From assembly GCA_965195345.1 (NCBI GenBank), contig OZ239628.1, forward strand, positions 160,001 through 224,000: a stretch of DNA of 64,000 nt, given 5' to 3'. The stretch comes from an uncultured Thiomicrospira sp. Its GTDB lineage: Bacteria > Pseudomonadota > Gammaproteobacteria > CAKMZV01. The first letter of the stretch is position 1. The number at the start of each line of letters is the position of its first letter. Positions 10,223 through 20,143 of the stretch are shown piece after piece. Below the pieces are notes generated by a model. That model did no database searches and had not been told where the DNA came from. It saw only the letters and a program-made list of their open reading frames with translations. A program made the translations under genes and the position numbers.

Positions 10223-11554
10223 TCAGTACTGAACATTCTGTACTTCTCCCTTACGTGAGCTATCCCAAGGATGGATGCGCCATGTAACCATGGCATTGCG
10301 ATGATAAACAGGATTAGTGCCTCTTATACGTCTGAGCTGAGGCATTGTTGGCTGAGTATAACCTGTCTCATCAGTTGCTCGACTCATAAGCAACAACTCC
10401 TCGCCTTCCCATTCAAACTCGTACTCAAATCGCACCCATGCTTTATCCAGAATGGGACTGGTTATTCTCGCTTGAGACCAATTTTCCCCTCCATTGAAAG
10501 AAACATCAACAACGGCTACTTTACCTCTCCCTGACCATGCTAAACCTTTTAGAACATATCTACGTGGTCCGTCCATTTTAAAATCTGGTGAAGGATATGT
10601 GATAACCGAGTTTGCTTCACAATACCAAGTAAATTGAGCAGCCTTTCCATCAGCATATAATTCCGTGTACTTTGACGTTTCTTCTCGATGCTGCAATGGC
10701 TCGTTGGTCACTTTTAAGCGACGTAAAAACTTTATCCACATGTTTCCTTCGCAACCTGGAACAACTAAGCGCATGGGATAGCCTTGCTCTGCACGCAGTC
10801 CTTCACCATTCTGCGCATAAGCCACTATGCAATCATCCATAGCAATTGACATAGGAATGGAGCGGCTCATTCCCGAGGCATCTGCCCCTTCGGCAATAAC
10901 CCACTTTGCACTTGGATCCACACCAGATTCTTTTAACAATACGGATAATTTAACACCTGTCCACTCACAGCAACTCATCATGCCATGTGTCCATTGCACC
11001 GAGTCAACTTGCACACCTTTCCACTCAAGCGCACCATTGGCTGGGCATTCAAGAAAATGTATACGTTGTATGGCAGGAAATTTTTTTAGATCCTTAACCG
11101 AGTAAATCAATGGCTGGCTTACCAAGCCATGAACAACCATACGATGCTTTGTTGGATCAATTTCAGGCGTGCCTCCATGAAAACGCTCAAAATGTAATCC
11201 ATTCGGCGTAATAATTCCATGCAACTGATGAACTGGACAGAATGAAATGGAGGCATAACGATCTGGAGTCAGCCAATCAAGCGAGCGCCTTTTAACTTGT
11301 GATTCAAACGAGACTGGTCTTCCATAGGGTCTCGTAAGCACCCCGTAGCCCAAAGTGGTCCGTGACGCAGGTATTTCAAGCGGATCAACGTGCGCATCTT
11401 TGCCATTGTACATACTGGTATCTGGCTTGTATTGTGCGCGTCCAATCTTACTAAACAACACCCCACTGACAAGCATTGCTCCATTCTTTATCAGCGCTCG
11501 TCTCGACAAACCTGTTTTTTTTTCTTCACCTTTAGGAGTCACACTTCTCTCCAT
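10223..11554 (-). CDS. soxC: SoxC-like sulfite oxidase family molybdopterin protein, Tat-exported
   Basis: Tat motif SRRALIK; LHGIITPNGLHFER; Mo-ligand Cys in FLECPANG; EQGYPMRL; REETSKYT; GLAWSGRG. Confidence 0.92.
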   Translation of the reverse strand: MERSVTPKGEEKKTGLSRRALIKNGAMLVSGVLFSKIGRAQYKPDTSMYNGKDAHVDPLEIPASRTTLGYGVLTRPYGRPVSFESQVKRRSLDWLTPDRYASISFCPVHQLHGIITPNGLHFERFHGGTPEIDPTKHRMVVHGLVSQPLIYSVKDLKKFPAIQRIHFLECPANGALEWKGVQVDSVQWTHGMMSCCEWTGVKLSVLLKESGVDPSAKWVIAEGADASGMSRSIPMSIAMDDCIVAYAQNGEGLRAEQGYPMRLVVPGCEGNMWIKFLRRLKVTNEPLQHREETSKYTELYADGKAAQFTWYCEANSVITYPSPDFKMDGPRRYVLKGLAWSGRGKVAVVDVSFNGGENWSQARITSPILDKAWVRFEYEFEWEGEELLLMSRATDETGYTQPTMPQLRRIRGTNPVYHRNAMVTWRIHPWDSSRKGEVQNVQY

Positions 11555-11557
11555 TAG

Positions 11558-11833
11558 CTATTGGGTACTATAAAAGTCAGCGATAAATTCAATCTCTTCA
11601 TCGGTAAGAGGCTGCGCAAACAGTTGCATCGTGGCACTCACTCGCTCACCTGATCGGTACGCTTTCAAAGCATTGACAAGATATTGTTTATTTTGTCCGA
11701 TTAATTTGGGATATTCAGGTATTAAACTATCACCATTATTGGCATGACACCCCACACATATCTGCGGCACTTCCAAGGCAAATGCCTGACCCATAATAAG
11801 AGCCGTAACAATAACAAGAATCTTGGCGTTCAT
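11558..11833 (-). CDS. Monohaem class I cytochrome c (c553/c4 half-type)
   Basis: Signal peptide, CVGCH, YPKLIGQ..YL..ALKAYRSGER, distal Met. Confidence 0.92.
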   Translation of the reverse strand: MNAKILVIVTALIMGQAFALEVPQICVGCHANNGDSLIPEYPKLIGQNKQYLVNALKAYRSGERVSATMQLFAQPLTDEEIEFIADFYSTQ

Positions 11834-12135
11834 AATTGCGAGTAGTACTCAGCCAATGCCACAATATCACTATCAGTCAACCCAATAAGAATAGCATTCA
11901 TTTCTGAAGATTTCCTTCTTCCATCTCTATAGGCATACAAAGCGTCTATTAGATACTTTTTATGTTGCCCCGCAAGGTGTGGATAAGAAGGTATAGAGGA
12001 ATAGCCATCCACTCCATGGCACGCCTGACAAATTGCCGCTTTTGCCGGCTTGATGTTCTCAGCAAAAGCTAATGAGAAGAATGCATGGTATATAAGCAAT
12101 GAGCCTAATAAAAATAATCGATGGACTTTTGTCAT
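11830..12135 (-). CDS. Monohaem class I cytochrome c (c553/c4 half-type)
   Basis: Signal peptide ending AFA, CQACHG, YPHLAGQ..YL..AL.AYRDGRR, distal Met; start reassigned to MTKV. Confidence 0.9.
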   Translation of the reverse strand: MTKVHRLFLLGSLLIYHAFFSLAFAENIKPAKAAICQACHGVDGYSSIPSYPHLAGQHKKYLIDALYAYRDGRRKSSEMNAILIGLTDSDIVALAEYYSQL

Positions 12136-12548
12136 AAAAAATGTTCTCGTATTCTGTAGCGAAACAGCAAATACATTATATCGAAGCAATATAAGACAAA
12201 TAAGCACGTATATACAGATTAGATAGTACTTCCTTGTACCATCAAATTTGTTGTCAAATACAATAGATAGACATACGCTTTGTAAGTGCTTTAATATTGG
12301 TACATTTAGCGGCACACAATTGCATTTCCCATATGCATCGCCCACCGCATTACTCGCGTTATTACCCTATGCTGTACTATATTCTAAAAATATCGGACCA
12401 AATTTCTGGCATAAGAGGAATAAATGTCTCCAGATATGTCTGTTCTTTTGTATAATCTCGCCCCCGATAGACATAAGGCTATTAATTAAATAACCTACAA
12501 GCACGTCTACCAAACTTTTAAATTGCAACTGAAGAATACAGGTTCACC

Positions 12549-12893
12549 ATGAATCCAATTATAAAATCCATTGAAACAGAACAGCTCCGCACAGACTTTC
12601 CAAAGTTTTCACCTGGCGATACCGTTGCGGTTGCAATGCGTGTTCGCGAGGGCGAACGCGAGCGCATACAAACTTTTGAAGGGGTGGTCATTGCTAAACG
12701 TAATCGCAGTATAAACAGCGCTTTTACTGTCCGCAAACATTCTTACGGAGAAAGTCTTGAAAGAGTCTTTCAGACGCATAGTCCTCTAATTGAAAGTATT
12801 AAAGTACTCAGAAGAGGCGCTGTACGTAGAGCTAAACTTTACTACTTGCGTAAACTTCATGGTAAGTCTGCAAGAATTAAAGAAAAAATATAG
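12549..12893 (+). CDS. rplS: 50S ribosomal protein L19
   Basis: [33 protein letters not shown]. Confidence 0.99.
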   Translation: MNPIIKSIETEQLRTDFPKFSPGDTVAVAMRVREGERERIQTFEGVVIAKRNRSINSAFTVRKHSYGESLERVFQTHSPLIESIKVLRRGAVRRAKLYYLRKLHGKSARIKEKI

Positions 12894-13007
12894 ATCCCGT
12901 TCTAAGCAAATATATTTAGCCTTCCCGCAAACGGGGAATGTTGAAATATTCCGTATAATTTGGTTATTATCTCTTAGTCTCTTGAATCCTTCTAAAAGGT
13001 CTCTGTT

Positions 13008-13760
13008 ATGTTCATAAAAAAATTTATAAAAAGTTTACTCCTATCTTCTGTATTGATTGCTCCAGCCTTTGCCGTCGAATTAGCTCCTACATCAGAACAA
13101 CAAAAAATTCAAAAGGCACTTGAAGGTGTCATGGAAAATACGCACCTAGTAAAAGTCTATCTTTCTGATTTGCCAAATTTCTTTATCCTCCAAATTGGTG
13201 GGCAAACCGCTATGATTAGCAAAGACGGAAAATTTCTAATTGATGGCGATGTTATTGACTTAGATAATAGAAGAAGCTTATTAAAAGGTGTGCATACAGC
13301 TTTCGTAGACAAGCAAATCAATGACATACCAGATGACCAAAAAGTCACGTTCAAAGCAAAAGACGAGTTAGCAGCCATACATGTTTTCAGTGATATAGAT
13401 TGCGGTTACTGTCGCAAACTGCACAACGAAATAACAGCGTTAAACGATGATGGGATTACTGTACATTACTTAGCTTTTCCTCGATCAGGACCAGATACAA
13501 AGTCTTGGAAAAAGAGCGAAAATGTTTGGTGTGCTAAAAACAAGCAGAACGCTATGACTGATGCTAAACAAGGAAAGTCAACATCTTCTTTCCCTCAATC
13601 GGAAAACTGTTCAGTTGATATTGCAATGCAATATGAGCTTGGTCAAAAAATTGGTGTGCGTGGTACGCCTTCAATTATCATGCCTAACGGCGAAATGGTG
13701 CCAGGGTATCTTCCTGCTACTCAACTAGTTGCCAAAATTTTAAGCACCCCTCCTCAGTAA
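13008..13760 (+). CDS. dsbC: Disulfide isomerase DsbC
   Basis: Signal peptide, FSDIDCGYCRKLH, YLAFPR, GVRGTP, VPGY. Confidence 0.95.
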   Translation: MFIKKFIKSLLLSSVLIAPAFAVELAPTSEQQKIQKALEGVMENTHLVKVYLSDLPNFFILQIGGQTAMISKDGKFLIDGDVIDLDNRRSLLKGVHTAFVDKQINDIPDDQKVTFKAKDELAAIHVFSDIDCGYCRKLHNEITALNDDGITVHYLAFPRSGPDTKSWKKSENVWCAKNKQNAMTDAKQGKSTSSFPQSENCSVDIAMQYELGQKIGVRGTPSIIMPNGEMVPGYLPATQLVAKILSTPPQ

Positions 13761-13771
13761 AGTAGCTTCCT

Positions 13772-15007
13772 ATGCGACCTGTGCTGCAGCTGGAGCTGGA
13801 CTTTCTCAGCCCGCACCAGCGTAACACCGCACAAGAAGTTTTAGGAAAATGCATACATTGTGGATTCTGTAATGCTACGTGTCCAACCTATCGCATCCTT
13901 GGAGACGAATTAGATGGTCCTCGAGGAAGAATATACCAAATTAAAAATGTCTTAGAAGGCACTTCTGTTTCTGCTTCTTTTCAACACCACCTTGATCGAT
14001 GTCTTACCTGTAGAAATTGTGAGACGACTTGTCCCTCAGGCGTTGAATACGGGAAACTATTAGACATAGGAAGACATATTGCTCGTAAAAAAGGCCCCCC
14101 TGCGCTTTGGCACCGCCGATTATTGGAATGGCTCGTTCTAGTATTTTTACCGTACCCCAATAGATTAAAACCCTTCCTTCGCATTGCACAGTTTTTCTCA
14201 CCCGTATTGCCCAAAAAGCTATCTCAGAAAATTCCTTTAATTGGCGAAAAGAAACGCAACTTAACGCCTCTAACCACAGGCAAAAGAAAAGTTTTAATTC
14301 CTGGAGGATGCGTTCAATCATTAGTCCAGCCCAATACTGTCGATGCCTGCATACGTATATTCAATCGGTTTGGCGTACATACCGTCACCAATCCCAATCA
14401 ATGTTGCGGAGCAATTGCACAACATCTTGGATCGGTTTCACTCGCAGAGAAACAAATGGTAGCCAACATATCGATTTGGGAAGAGGCTTTGGAGAATGGT
14501 GTAGAAAACATCATCATAACCGCTTCAGGATGTGGAGTCACCGTCAAAGAATATCCACATTTGTTAGCAGATACCATCCACAAAACGCGGGCACAGAAAA
14601 TAAGCGACGCGACTCTTGATATGTGTGAGTGGCTAAACCCCTCTATGGTTAAAGAACGATTCAACGATCAGCTTCCTCTACTTAAGGTTGCATTTCAATC
14701 CCCATGCAGCCTTCAACATGGACAAAAAATCACTGGGAAAATTGAAGCACTGCTTCAGGCAGTGAACTGCGAATTATTACCTATTAAGGATGCGCATTTA
14801 TGTTGTGGATCTGCTGGAACGTACTCATTATTTCAACCAGATTTATCCGATCAACTACTCATGAGCAAAGTATCAAACTTACAAGAAACACAGTGCGACT
14901 TAATCGTTACCGCGAACGTCGGCTGTCATCTATCACTTCAAGCACGCTCAAGCGTACCTGTTAAGCATTGGATTGAAGTAATAGATGAACGGTTAAAGCA
15001 GGCATAA
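13772..15007 (+). CDS. glcF: Glycolate oxidase iron-sulfur subunit
   Basis: CIHCGFCNATCPTY, ELDGPRGRIY, CLTCRNCETTCPSGV, two CCG domains. Confidence 0.95.
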   Translation: MRPVLQLELDFLSPHQRNTAQEVLGKCIHCGFCNATCPTYRILGDELDGPRGRIYQIKNVLEGTSVSASFQHHLDRCLTCRNCETTCPSGVEYGKLLDIGRHIARKKGPPALWHRRLLEWLVLVFLPYPNRLKPFLRIAQFFSPVLPKKLSQKIPLIGEKKRNLTPLTTGKRKVLIPGGCVQSLVQPNTVDACIRIFNRFGVHTVTNPNQCCGAIAQHLGSVSLAEKQMVANISIWEEALENGVENIIITASGCGVTVKEYPHLLADTIHKTRAQKISDATLDMCEWLNPSMVKERFNDQLPLLKVAFQSPCSLQHGQKITGKIEALLQAVNCELLPIKDAHLCCGSAGTYSLFQPDLSDQLLMSKVSNLQETQCDLIVTANVGCHLSLQARSSVPVKHWIEVIDERLKQA

Positions 15008-15123
15008 TCGTTTTATCTGTTAATCTTTTCTATTTCAGAAGGAGACAATTCGTCTAAGAACTTCTCTCCCTGTTGTCTTGCTGTTTGCCTTTATTCTATA
15101 CATCCATAATAAAAGGATGTGAA

Positions 15124-15684
15124 ATGAAAAAGCTACAAAATAAACAAGAAGGCTTTAGCCTTATAGAAATTGCTATTGTATTAGTTATTATTGGCGTGCT
15201 AGCAGGCGCTGTAGTTAAGGGAGTAGCTCTCATAAATGACGCAAAGCTCTCAAAGGCGGAACAAGCCATTCAATCAATATCAACCGCTTATTTAACTTAC
15301 TTGCGCTCGTATTCGGCCCCTCCCGGTGATGATAGCGTAGCAAACGAACGTTTTAACATAACCAACGCTAATGGCAATGGAGACACCGTTATCAGTTCAG
15401 AAGAGTCTAACAATGCTTGGTTGCATTTACGAAATGCAGGATTTATGACTGGCTCTGGAAGCCTTGCCCCTTTACACCCATGGGGAAGCGCCTACAACCT
15501 TATACACAGCGTCGTATTCGCACGGAATGCGTTGTGCTTAAACGCAGTACAAGGTGATCAAGCGAGCATTCTTGATAACAGATTAGACGATGGACGACCA
15601 AATTCAGGAACTATTCGATCAGACAACGCTCTGCACACCGCCTATGACGCATCCACAAACTATAATGTTTGTTCTCCGTTATAA
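15124..15684 (+). CDS. Type IV pilin/pseudopilin-like protein
   Basis: Class III signal QEG|FSLIEIAIVLVIIG; PGDD and LDNRLDDG motifs; C-terminal Cys pair. Confidence 0.88.
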   Translation: MKKLQNKQEGFSLIEIAIVLVIIGVLAGAVVKGVALINDAKLSKAEQAIQSISTAYLTYLRSYSAPPGDDSVANERFNITNANGNGDTVISSEESNNAWLHLRNAGFMTGSGSLAPLHPWGSAYNLIHSVVFARNALCLNAVQGDQASILDNRLDDGRPNSGTIRSDNALHTAYDASTNYNVCSPL

Positions 15685-15690
15685 AGAAGA

Positions 15691-15721
15691 AAAAAGCGGG
15701 ATTTTGTTAAAAATCCTTTTT
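15691..15721. terminator. Probable bidirectional intrinsic terminator
   Basis: GGATTTT/AAAATCC inverted repeat flanked by A and T runs, between convergent pilin and gshB genes. Confidence 0.5.
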
Positions 15722-15750
15722 GACAAGGCTATTCTCTTTTGTGCCAACGG

Positions 15751-16698
15751 CTATGCCTGATTAAAAACGACACTCTGAATCAAATGCAAGGCGATATTTG
15801 ATCCTGTGTGATCATCAATTTCGCGTACGCACGTTGGACTGGTAATATTAATTTCGGTTAAAAAGTCACCAATAACATCCAATCCTGCAAAGTAAATGCC
15901 TTTATCAACAAGATCTTTCCCAACCTGATCACAAATCCATTTGTCTCGTGCGCTCAATGGCTGGACAACACCTACGCCCCCAACAGCTAAATTGCCACGA
16001 AAGTCGTCACCTGAAGGGATGCGAGCCAAAACATGCTCAACAGGTTTCCCATTAATTAGTAATATCCGCTTGTCACCAGCTGTTATCTCAGGCAAGTACT
16101 TTTGAGCCATCACGCTACGTTGTTGCTGAAGAGAAATTGTATCCAATATGACCTGCGTATTTGGATCGCCTAAGCGCACTCTAAAAATTGAGTCACCACC
16201 CATTGAATACAAAGGCTTCAATACAATATCTTCGTGCATATGCAAAAATTCTAAAAGAACCGATTTTTTCCTACTTACACAATGGGCGGGGCAACATTGG
16301 GGGAAATCGAGAGCGTATAATTTTTCATTGCAATTGCGAATCGATGAAGGGCGGTTTATTACGCGCACCCCTGTTTTTTCAACCTTTTCTAATAAATAAG
16401 TAACGAGTAGATATTCACTGTCAAACGGTGGATCATGACGAATAAACACAAAATCCATTTCTGAAAGCGACATGCTTTGTAATTCTGATACTCGCACCTC
16501 AGAAAACGCTATTGGAGTTGCAACCTCAATACGCGCCACATCAGCAAGCACTTCATCGTTCAATAAGCGCAATGATGCGGGGGTTGAATAATAGCAGGTA
16601 CATCCGCTTTGCTGACCCGCTAATATCATAGCCAAAGTGGTGTCTTTTTTCTTGTTAAGGCGATCCAAAGGATCCATCAGAAAAAGAATTTTCTTCAT
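15751..16698 (-). CDS. gshB: Glutathione synthetase
   Basis: FLMDP, KKDTT, RHDPPFD, NEKL, GDKRIL, RGNLAVGG, TEINITSPT. Confidence 0.98.
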   Translation of the reverse strand: MKKILFLMDPLDRLNKKKDTTLAMILAGQQSGCTCYYSTPASLRLLNDEVLADVARIEVATPIAFSEVRVSELQSMSLSEMDFVFIRHDPPFDSEYLLVTYLLEKVEKTGVRVINRPSSIRNCNEKLYALDFPQCCPAHCVSRKKSVLLEFLHMHEDIVLKPLYSMGGDSIFRVRLGDPNTQVILDTISLQQQRSVMAQKYLPEITAGDKRILLINGKPVEHVLARIPSGDDFRGNLAVGGVGVVQPLSARDKWICDQVGKDLVDKGIYFAGLDVIGDFLTEINITSPTCVREIDDHTGSNIALHLIQSVVFNQA

Positions 16699-17966
16699 GC
16701 TTTTTGCGTGATCTCTAAAGCAGCAGCAGCAGCGGCAAGCCTTGCAACAACACCATATATGTAAAATCGGTTTTTTTCACTTGCAAGCGTATTCATACAA
16801 ACCATTGGCTCCTTCAAAGCCAGAGGACTAAAATGCATTCCGGGAGAGTTGAGACTTTCGTCAGCGCCTTTATTCTTATGAATTCGATAAAAGCCACCAA
16901 CAACAAAATGATCGATCATATAAACCACCGGCTCGGAAACATTACCATCTCCAACCGTTTCTACACTATAAACCCCTTCTTGCAATAGTACTTCATTGAT
17001 ACTAACACCTTCTTTTCCGACTTTCATTTTATTACGTTTCTTGCGATTGAGCTGCTTAACTTCGCTGGCGCTACGGATTGCAACTACGCCCATTCCATAA
17101 GTGCCCGAAGTGGCTTTCATCATTACATAGGGTTTTTTACTAATGCCATATTCGGTGTATTTGCTTTGTGTTTTTTGCAGTAGTGCGTCCACTTCGTGTT
17201 CAAGTTGTTGTGTCGTTTCAGCACTATCCAAATCAATTTTGACGCCTTCATCAGGCGACATTGGCGTAACCAGCCATGGATCAATTCCCAGCATGTTTGA
17301 AAAAGATTCAGTAATCTCCTGATATGCTTTGTAGTGCCCTTGCTTAGTTCTTTTGTGCCACCCAAGCTCAAAGGGTGGAATAACATGCTGCCCGTCAAGC
17401 CCTTTAAGTAAATTGGGAGCGCCTGAGGATAAATCATTATTTAAGACGATTGCACAGGGCACAAAATCATTATCTACATATAAGTAATCTTCTCTAATGA
17501 CTGGAAAGATAGTTATGGATTTCCCTCCCTCAAGATCTATTACTCGAGGTTCTTTTACCTCTGGGTCAATGCTACCAATTCGAACGCGAAACCCTGCTTG
17601 CGCTATCAATGTGTAAAGTCTAAATAAACTTTCAAGATAGAAGGCATTTCTTGTGTGGTTTTCTGCAATAATTAAGACTTGATGCGCACGCGGACAATAC
17701 CTTAGTATTGCATACTCTAATGCAGGTAAGCACAGTGGTTCTGAATCAACATGCAAGTTATTGAATCCGGCTGGAAACAAATTAGTGTCCACAGGAGCGA
17801 CCTTAAAGCCTGCGTTCCTAATATCGACAGAAGTGTAGAATGGCGCAGGATTTAATAACCAATGCCTATGCAACCAATACTCTATGTCTAATTGTCTATT
17901 GAAGAATATTTTTTCTAATTCGAGAAGGGGACCTTTGAGAGACGTTTGGAGATTAGGGACGATCAT
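16695..17966 (-). CDS. gshA: Glutamate--cysteine ligase, Acidithiobacillus-type GshA
   Basis: PFYTSVDIRNAGFKVAPVDTNLFPAGFNNL, ENHTRN, GTYGMG, VVGGFYR; adjacent to gshB; start set at MIVPNL. Confidence 0.95.
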   Translation of the reverse strand: MIVPNLQTSLKGPLLELEKIFFNRQLDIEYWLHRHWLLNPAPFYTSVDIRNAGFKVAPVDTNLFPAGFNNLHVDSEPLCLPALEYAILRYCPRAHQVLIIAENHTRNAFYLESLFRLYTLIAQAGFRVRIGSIDPEVKEPRVIDLEGGKSITIFPVIREDYLYVDNDFVPCAIVLNNDLSSGAPNLLKGLDGQHVIPPFELGWHKRTKQGHYKAYQEITESFSNMLGIDPWLVTPMSPDEGVKIDLDSAETTQQLEHEVDALLQKTQSKYTEYGISKKPYVMMKATSGTYGMGVVAIRSASEVKQLNRKKRNKMKVGKEGVSINEVLLQEGVYSVETVGDGNVSEPVVYMIDHFVVGGFYRIHKNKGADESLNSPGMHFSPLALKEPMVCMNTLASEKNRFYIYGVVARLAAAAAALEITQKA

Positions 17967-17990
17967 GGGTGGAATGTTTTTATTAGTCTT

Positions 17991-18731
17991 ATGATTAAGC
18001 GTGACATTATAAGCCAAGATAGATTGCTTAACGCTTGTATGCTGGTTGATTTAAAGGCAAATGTTGAGTTACTTGATGAAGTTGATTCAACCAACTCTAC
18101 GGCATTGTCAAATAAAAAAGATACTCATCTATTGGTTGCGACCCGTCAAACGCAAGGAGTTGGTCGGAGAACAAACCGATGGAACTCACAACCTGGGGAT
18201 GTGATATTGTCGTATTCTTTTATGTACTCTTCACCTCCACCCAGCCATTTTTCTTTAAATGTAGGCGTGGCAATCAGTGAAAGTTTGCGCCGTCTCGGAG
18301 GCAAGGAGCTGCTTATTAAGTGGCCTAATGACTTAGTGTACTCTCTCGAGAGCACACTAATCAAAGTTGGCGGAATTTTGATAGATGTAGCCTCTCAACA
18401 AGAGAAGTTTCTTTGGGTTGTTGGTGTGGGGATTAATGTCACCACATCACCTGGGCTTCGACAACTACATATCGACGCCCCTCTTGAACGTATAATCGCT
18501 CATGTGGCCAAAGCCATTGAAGATGCTCCGCATGAATTCGATATAAATCGATTCAATGAATTCAATGCCTTACAAAATAAACGCATCACTTTTATAAATC
18601 CTAAAGGAGAAACCATTTCAGGGCGTGCACGCTCCATCGGTAAAGACGGAACTCTAGGAATAGAAATATCAAAAAAAATGCATTTTTTTAACAATATCCA
18701 CTCAATCCGCTTACATGAAACTACTAATTGA
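17991..18731 (+). CDS. birA: Biotin--protein ligase lacking the N-terminal HTH
   Basis: VDSTN, QTQGVGRR...W, IKWPNDL, KVGGIL, GVGIN; start codon uncertain. Confidence 0.9.
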   Translation: MIKRDIISQDRLLNACMLVDLKANVELLDEVDSTNSTALSNKKDTHLLVATRQTQGVGRRTNRWNSQPGDVILSYSFMYSSPPPSHFSLNVGVAISESLRRLGGKELLIKWPNDLVYSLESTLIKVGGILIDVASQQEKFLWVVGVGINVTTSPGLRQLHIDAPLERIIAHVAKAIEDAPHEFDINRFNEFNALQNKRITFINPKGETISGRARSIGKDGTLGIEISKKMHFFNNIHSIRLHETTN

Positions 18732-19431
18732 TTTAGGGAGCGGTAGTTTGAAATGGTGCCTATCAAGCGACATCAACGCCATTAACCGCACATCTTTGGA
18801 TGCGTTTATAGAAACCATGCAATCATTTGATGATGTTGAGCATGCTTTTATCAGCAGTGTAAGAAACCAAGATCAAACATCTACCTTAGTTCATTTTCTA
18901 AAACAACGGATTGACTTTGTTGAAAACTTAGCGCCCAACAAAGATATTCTTGATTCTGCGTACAACAATATTACCCACCTCGGCATTGATCGATGGTTGT
19001 GTATGGTTGGTGCTATGGAACAAGCGCCCTGTCTTGTAATAGACGCAGGAACGGCAATAACTATTGACTATATTGATCTCATCAATAATCGTCCCTTTCA
19101 CGCCGGTGGCTGGATTTTACCTGGGCATACATTGATGTTAGAAACACTTCTCAATCAAACCAATCTCAGCGAAAAGCCACGTGACAATTCAACATTTTGG
19201 GGAAATGACACTCAAAGTTGTATGTACAACGGCATAGAAAATTCATATACAGCGATTATAAATCATGCCCAAAAACAAACAAACACGCCGATCATTCTAA
19301 CTGGAGGCGATGCACCAAAACTTTTCAATGCTTTATCAAATCAAAATAATCATCGCCTGAATCAAATGGAAGAGCAACCTTCTCTCATTTTTTCAGGGAT
19401 GTTAAAAACGATACTATTTGCAAATCAATAA
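18715..19431 (+). CDS. coaX: Type III pantothenate kinase
   Basis: LLIDLG, LGIDRW, VIDAGTAITID, GGWILPG, LTGGDA; follows birA. Confidence 0.93.
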   Translation: MKLLIDLGSGSLKWCLSSDINAINRTSLDAFIETMQSFDDVEHAFISSVRNQDQTSTLVHFLKQRIDFVENLAPNKDILDSAYNNITHLGIDRWLCMVGAMEQAPCLVIDAGTAITIDYIDLINNRPFHAGGWILPGHTLMLETLLNQTNLSEKPRDNSTFWGNDTQSCMYNGIENSYTAIINHAQKQTNTPIILTGGDAPKLFNALSNQNNHRLNQMEEQPSLIFSGMLKTILFANQ

Positions 19432-19627
19432 CAGCTAAATCCTCATCCTCTGCACCAAATTTTACTCGTGAAACTTGTCAATAACGTACATAAACGACGG
19501 TTACAAGGACCATCCTTGTCAACGAGACTGTGTTAAATTCCCCTCTGTATATTTTTTTGTGGAATGCTTCATTTATTCATGCCATATCAAGCTAAAATAA
19601 TGCTATTAGAATACTTGTATATCATTC

Positions 19628-20143
19628 ATGTCTGACACTCCAAGTTTTTCAAATTTATGCCGCCCTATTATTGAAGAAATAGGTCAAGTCCTTGTTCATC
19701 GTAAGTGGCTTTTAGCATCTGCTGAATCCTGTACCGCAGGGTGGTTTTCTAAAGCATGCACAGACTTGCCTGGCAGTTCAGCGTGGTTCGAATGTAGTAT
19801 TTCGTGCTATAGCAATTATTCTAAACGTGAGTGGCTAGGCGTCCGCCACGCAACAATTGATCATTTTGGCGCGGTCAGCGATGAAGTCGTCGCAGAAATG
19901 GTTCAAGGTTTGCTTAGTAGATCGCGCGCATCCATTGGTGTAGCCATTAGTGGCATTGCTGGTCCAAATGGAAATACAGAAGATAAGCCAGTAGGTACTG
20001 TTTGTTTTGCATGGCGAACAAAAGACGGGTTTAATGTTACTCAGCGAACGCGATTTGACGGTTCACGCACCGATATTCGCCAACAATCCATCTTCTACGC
20101 GCTAAGCGGGATTAAACAAATTCTCAACTCAAAGGAAAATTAA
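19628..20143 (+). CDS. pncC: CinA-C/PncC NMN deamidase
   Basis: AESCTAG, PGSS.WF, YSN..K, GAVS, SGIAGP, KPVGTV; lies upstream of recA. Confidence 0.93.
   Translation: MSDTPSFSNLCRPIIEEIGQVLVHRKWLLASAESCTAGWFSKACTDLPGSSAWFECSISCYSNYSKREWLGVRHATIDHFGAVSDEVVAEMVQGLLSRSRASIGVAISGIAGPNGNTEDKPVGTVCFAWRTKDGFNVTQRTRFDGSRTDIRQQSIFYALSGIKQILNSKEN

Noticed and set aside
12136-12345. Long N-terminal extension of the cytochrome ORF
   Set aside because: The signal peptide begins at MTKV (12135); the extension looks like an open intergenic frame
19432-19627. LexA SOS box upstream of pncC-recA
   Set aside because: CTGTATAT half-site near 19545 lacks the ACAG half
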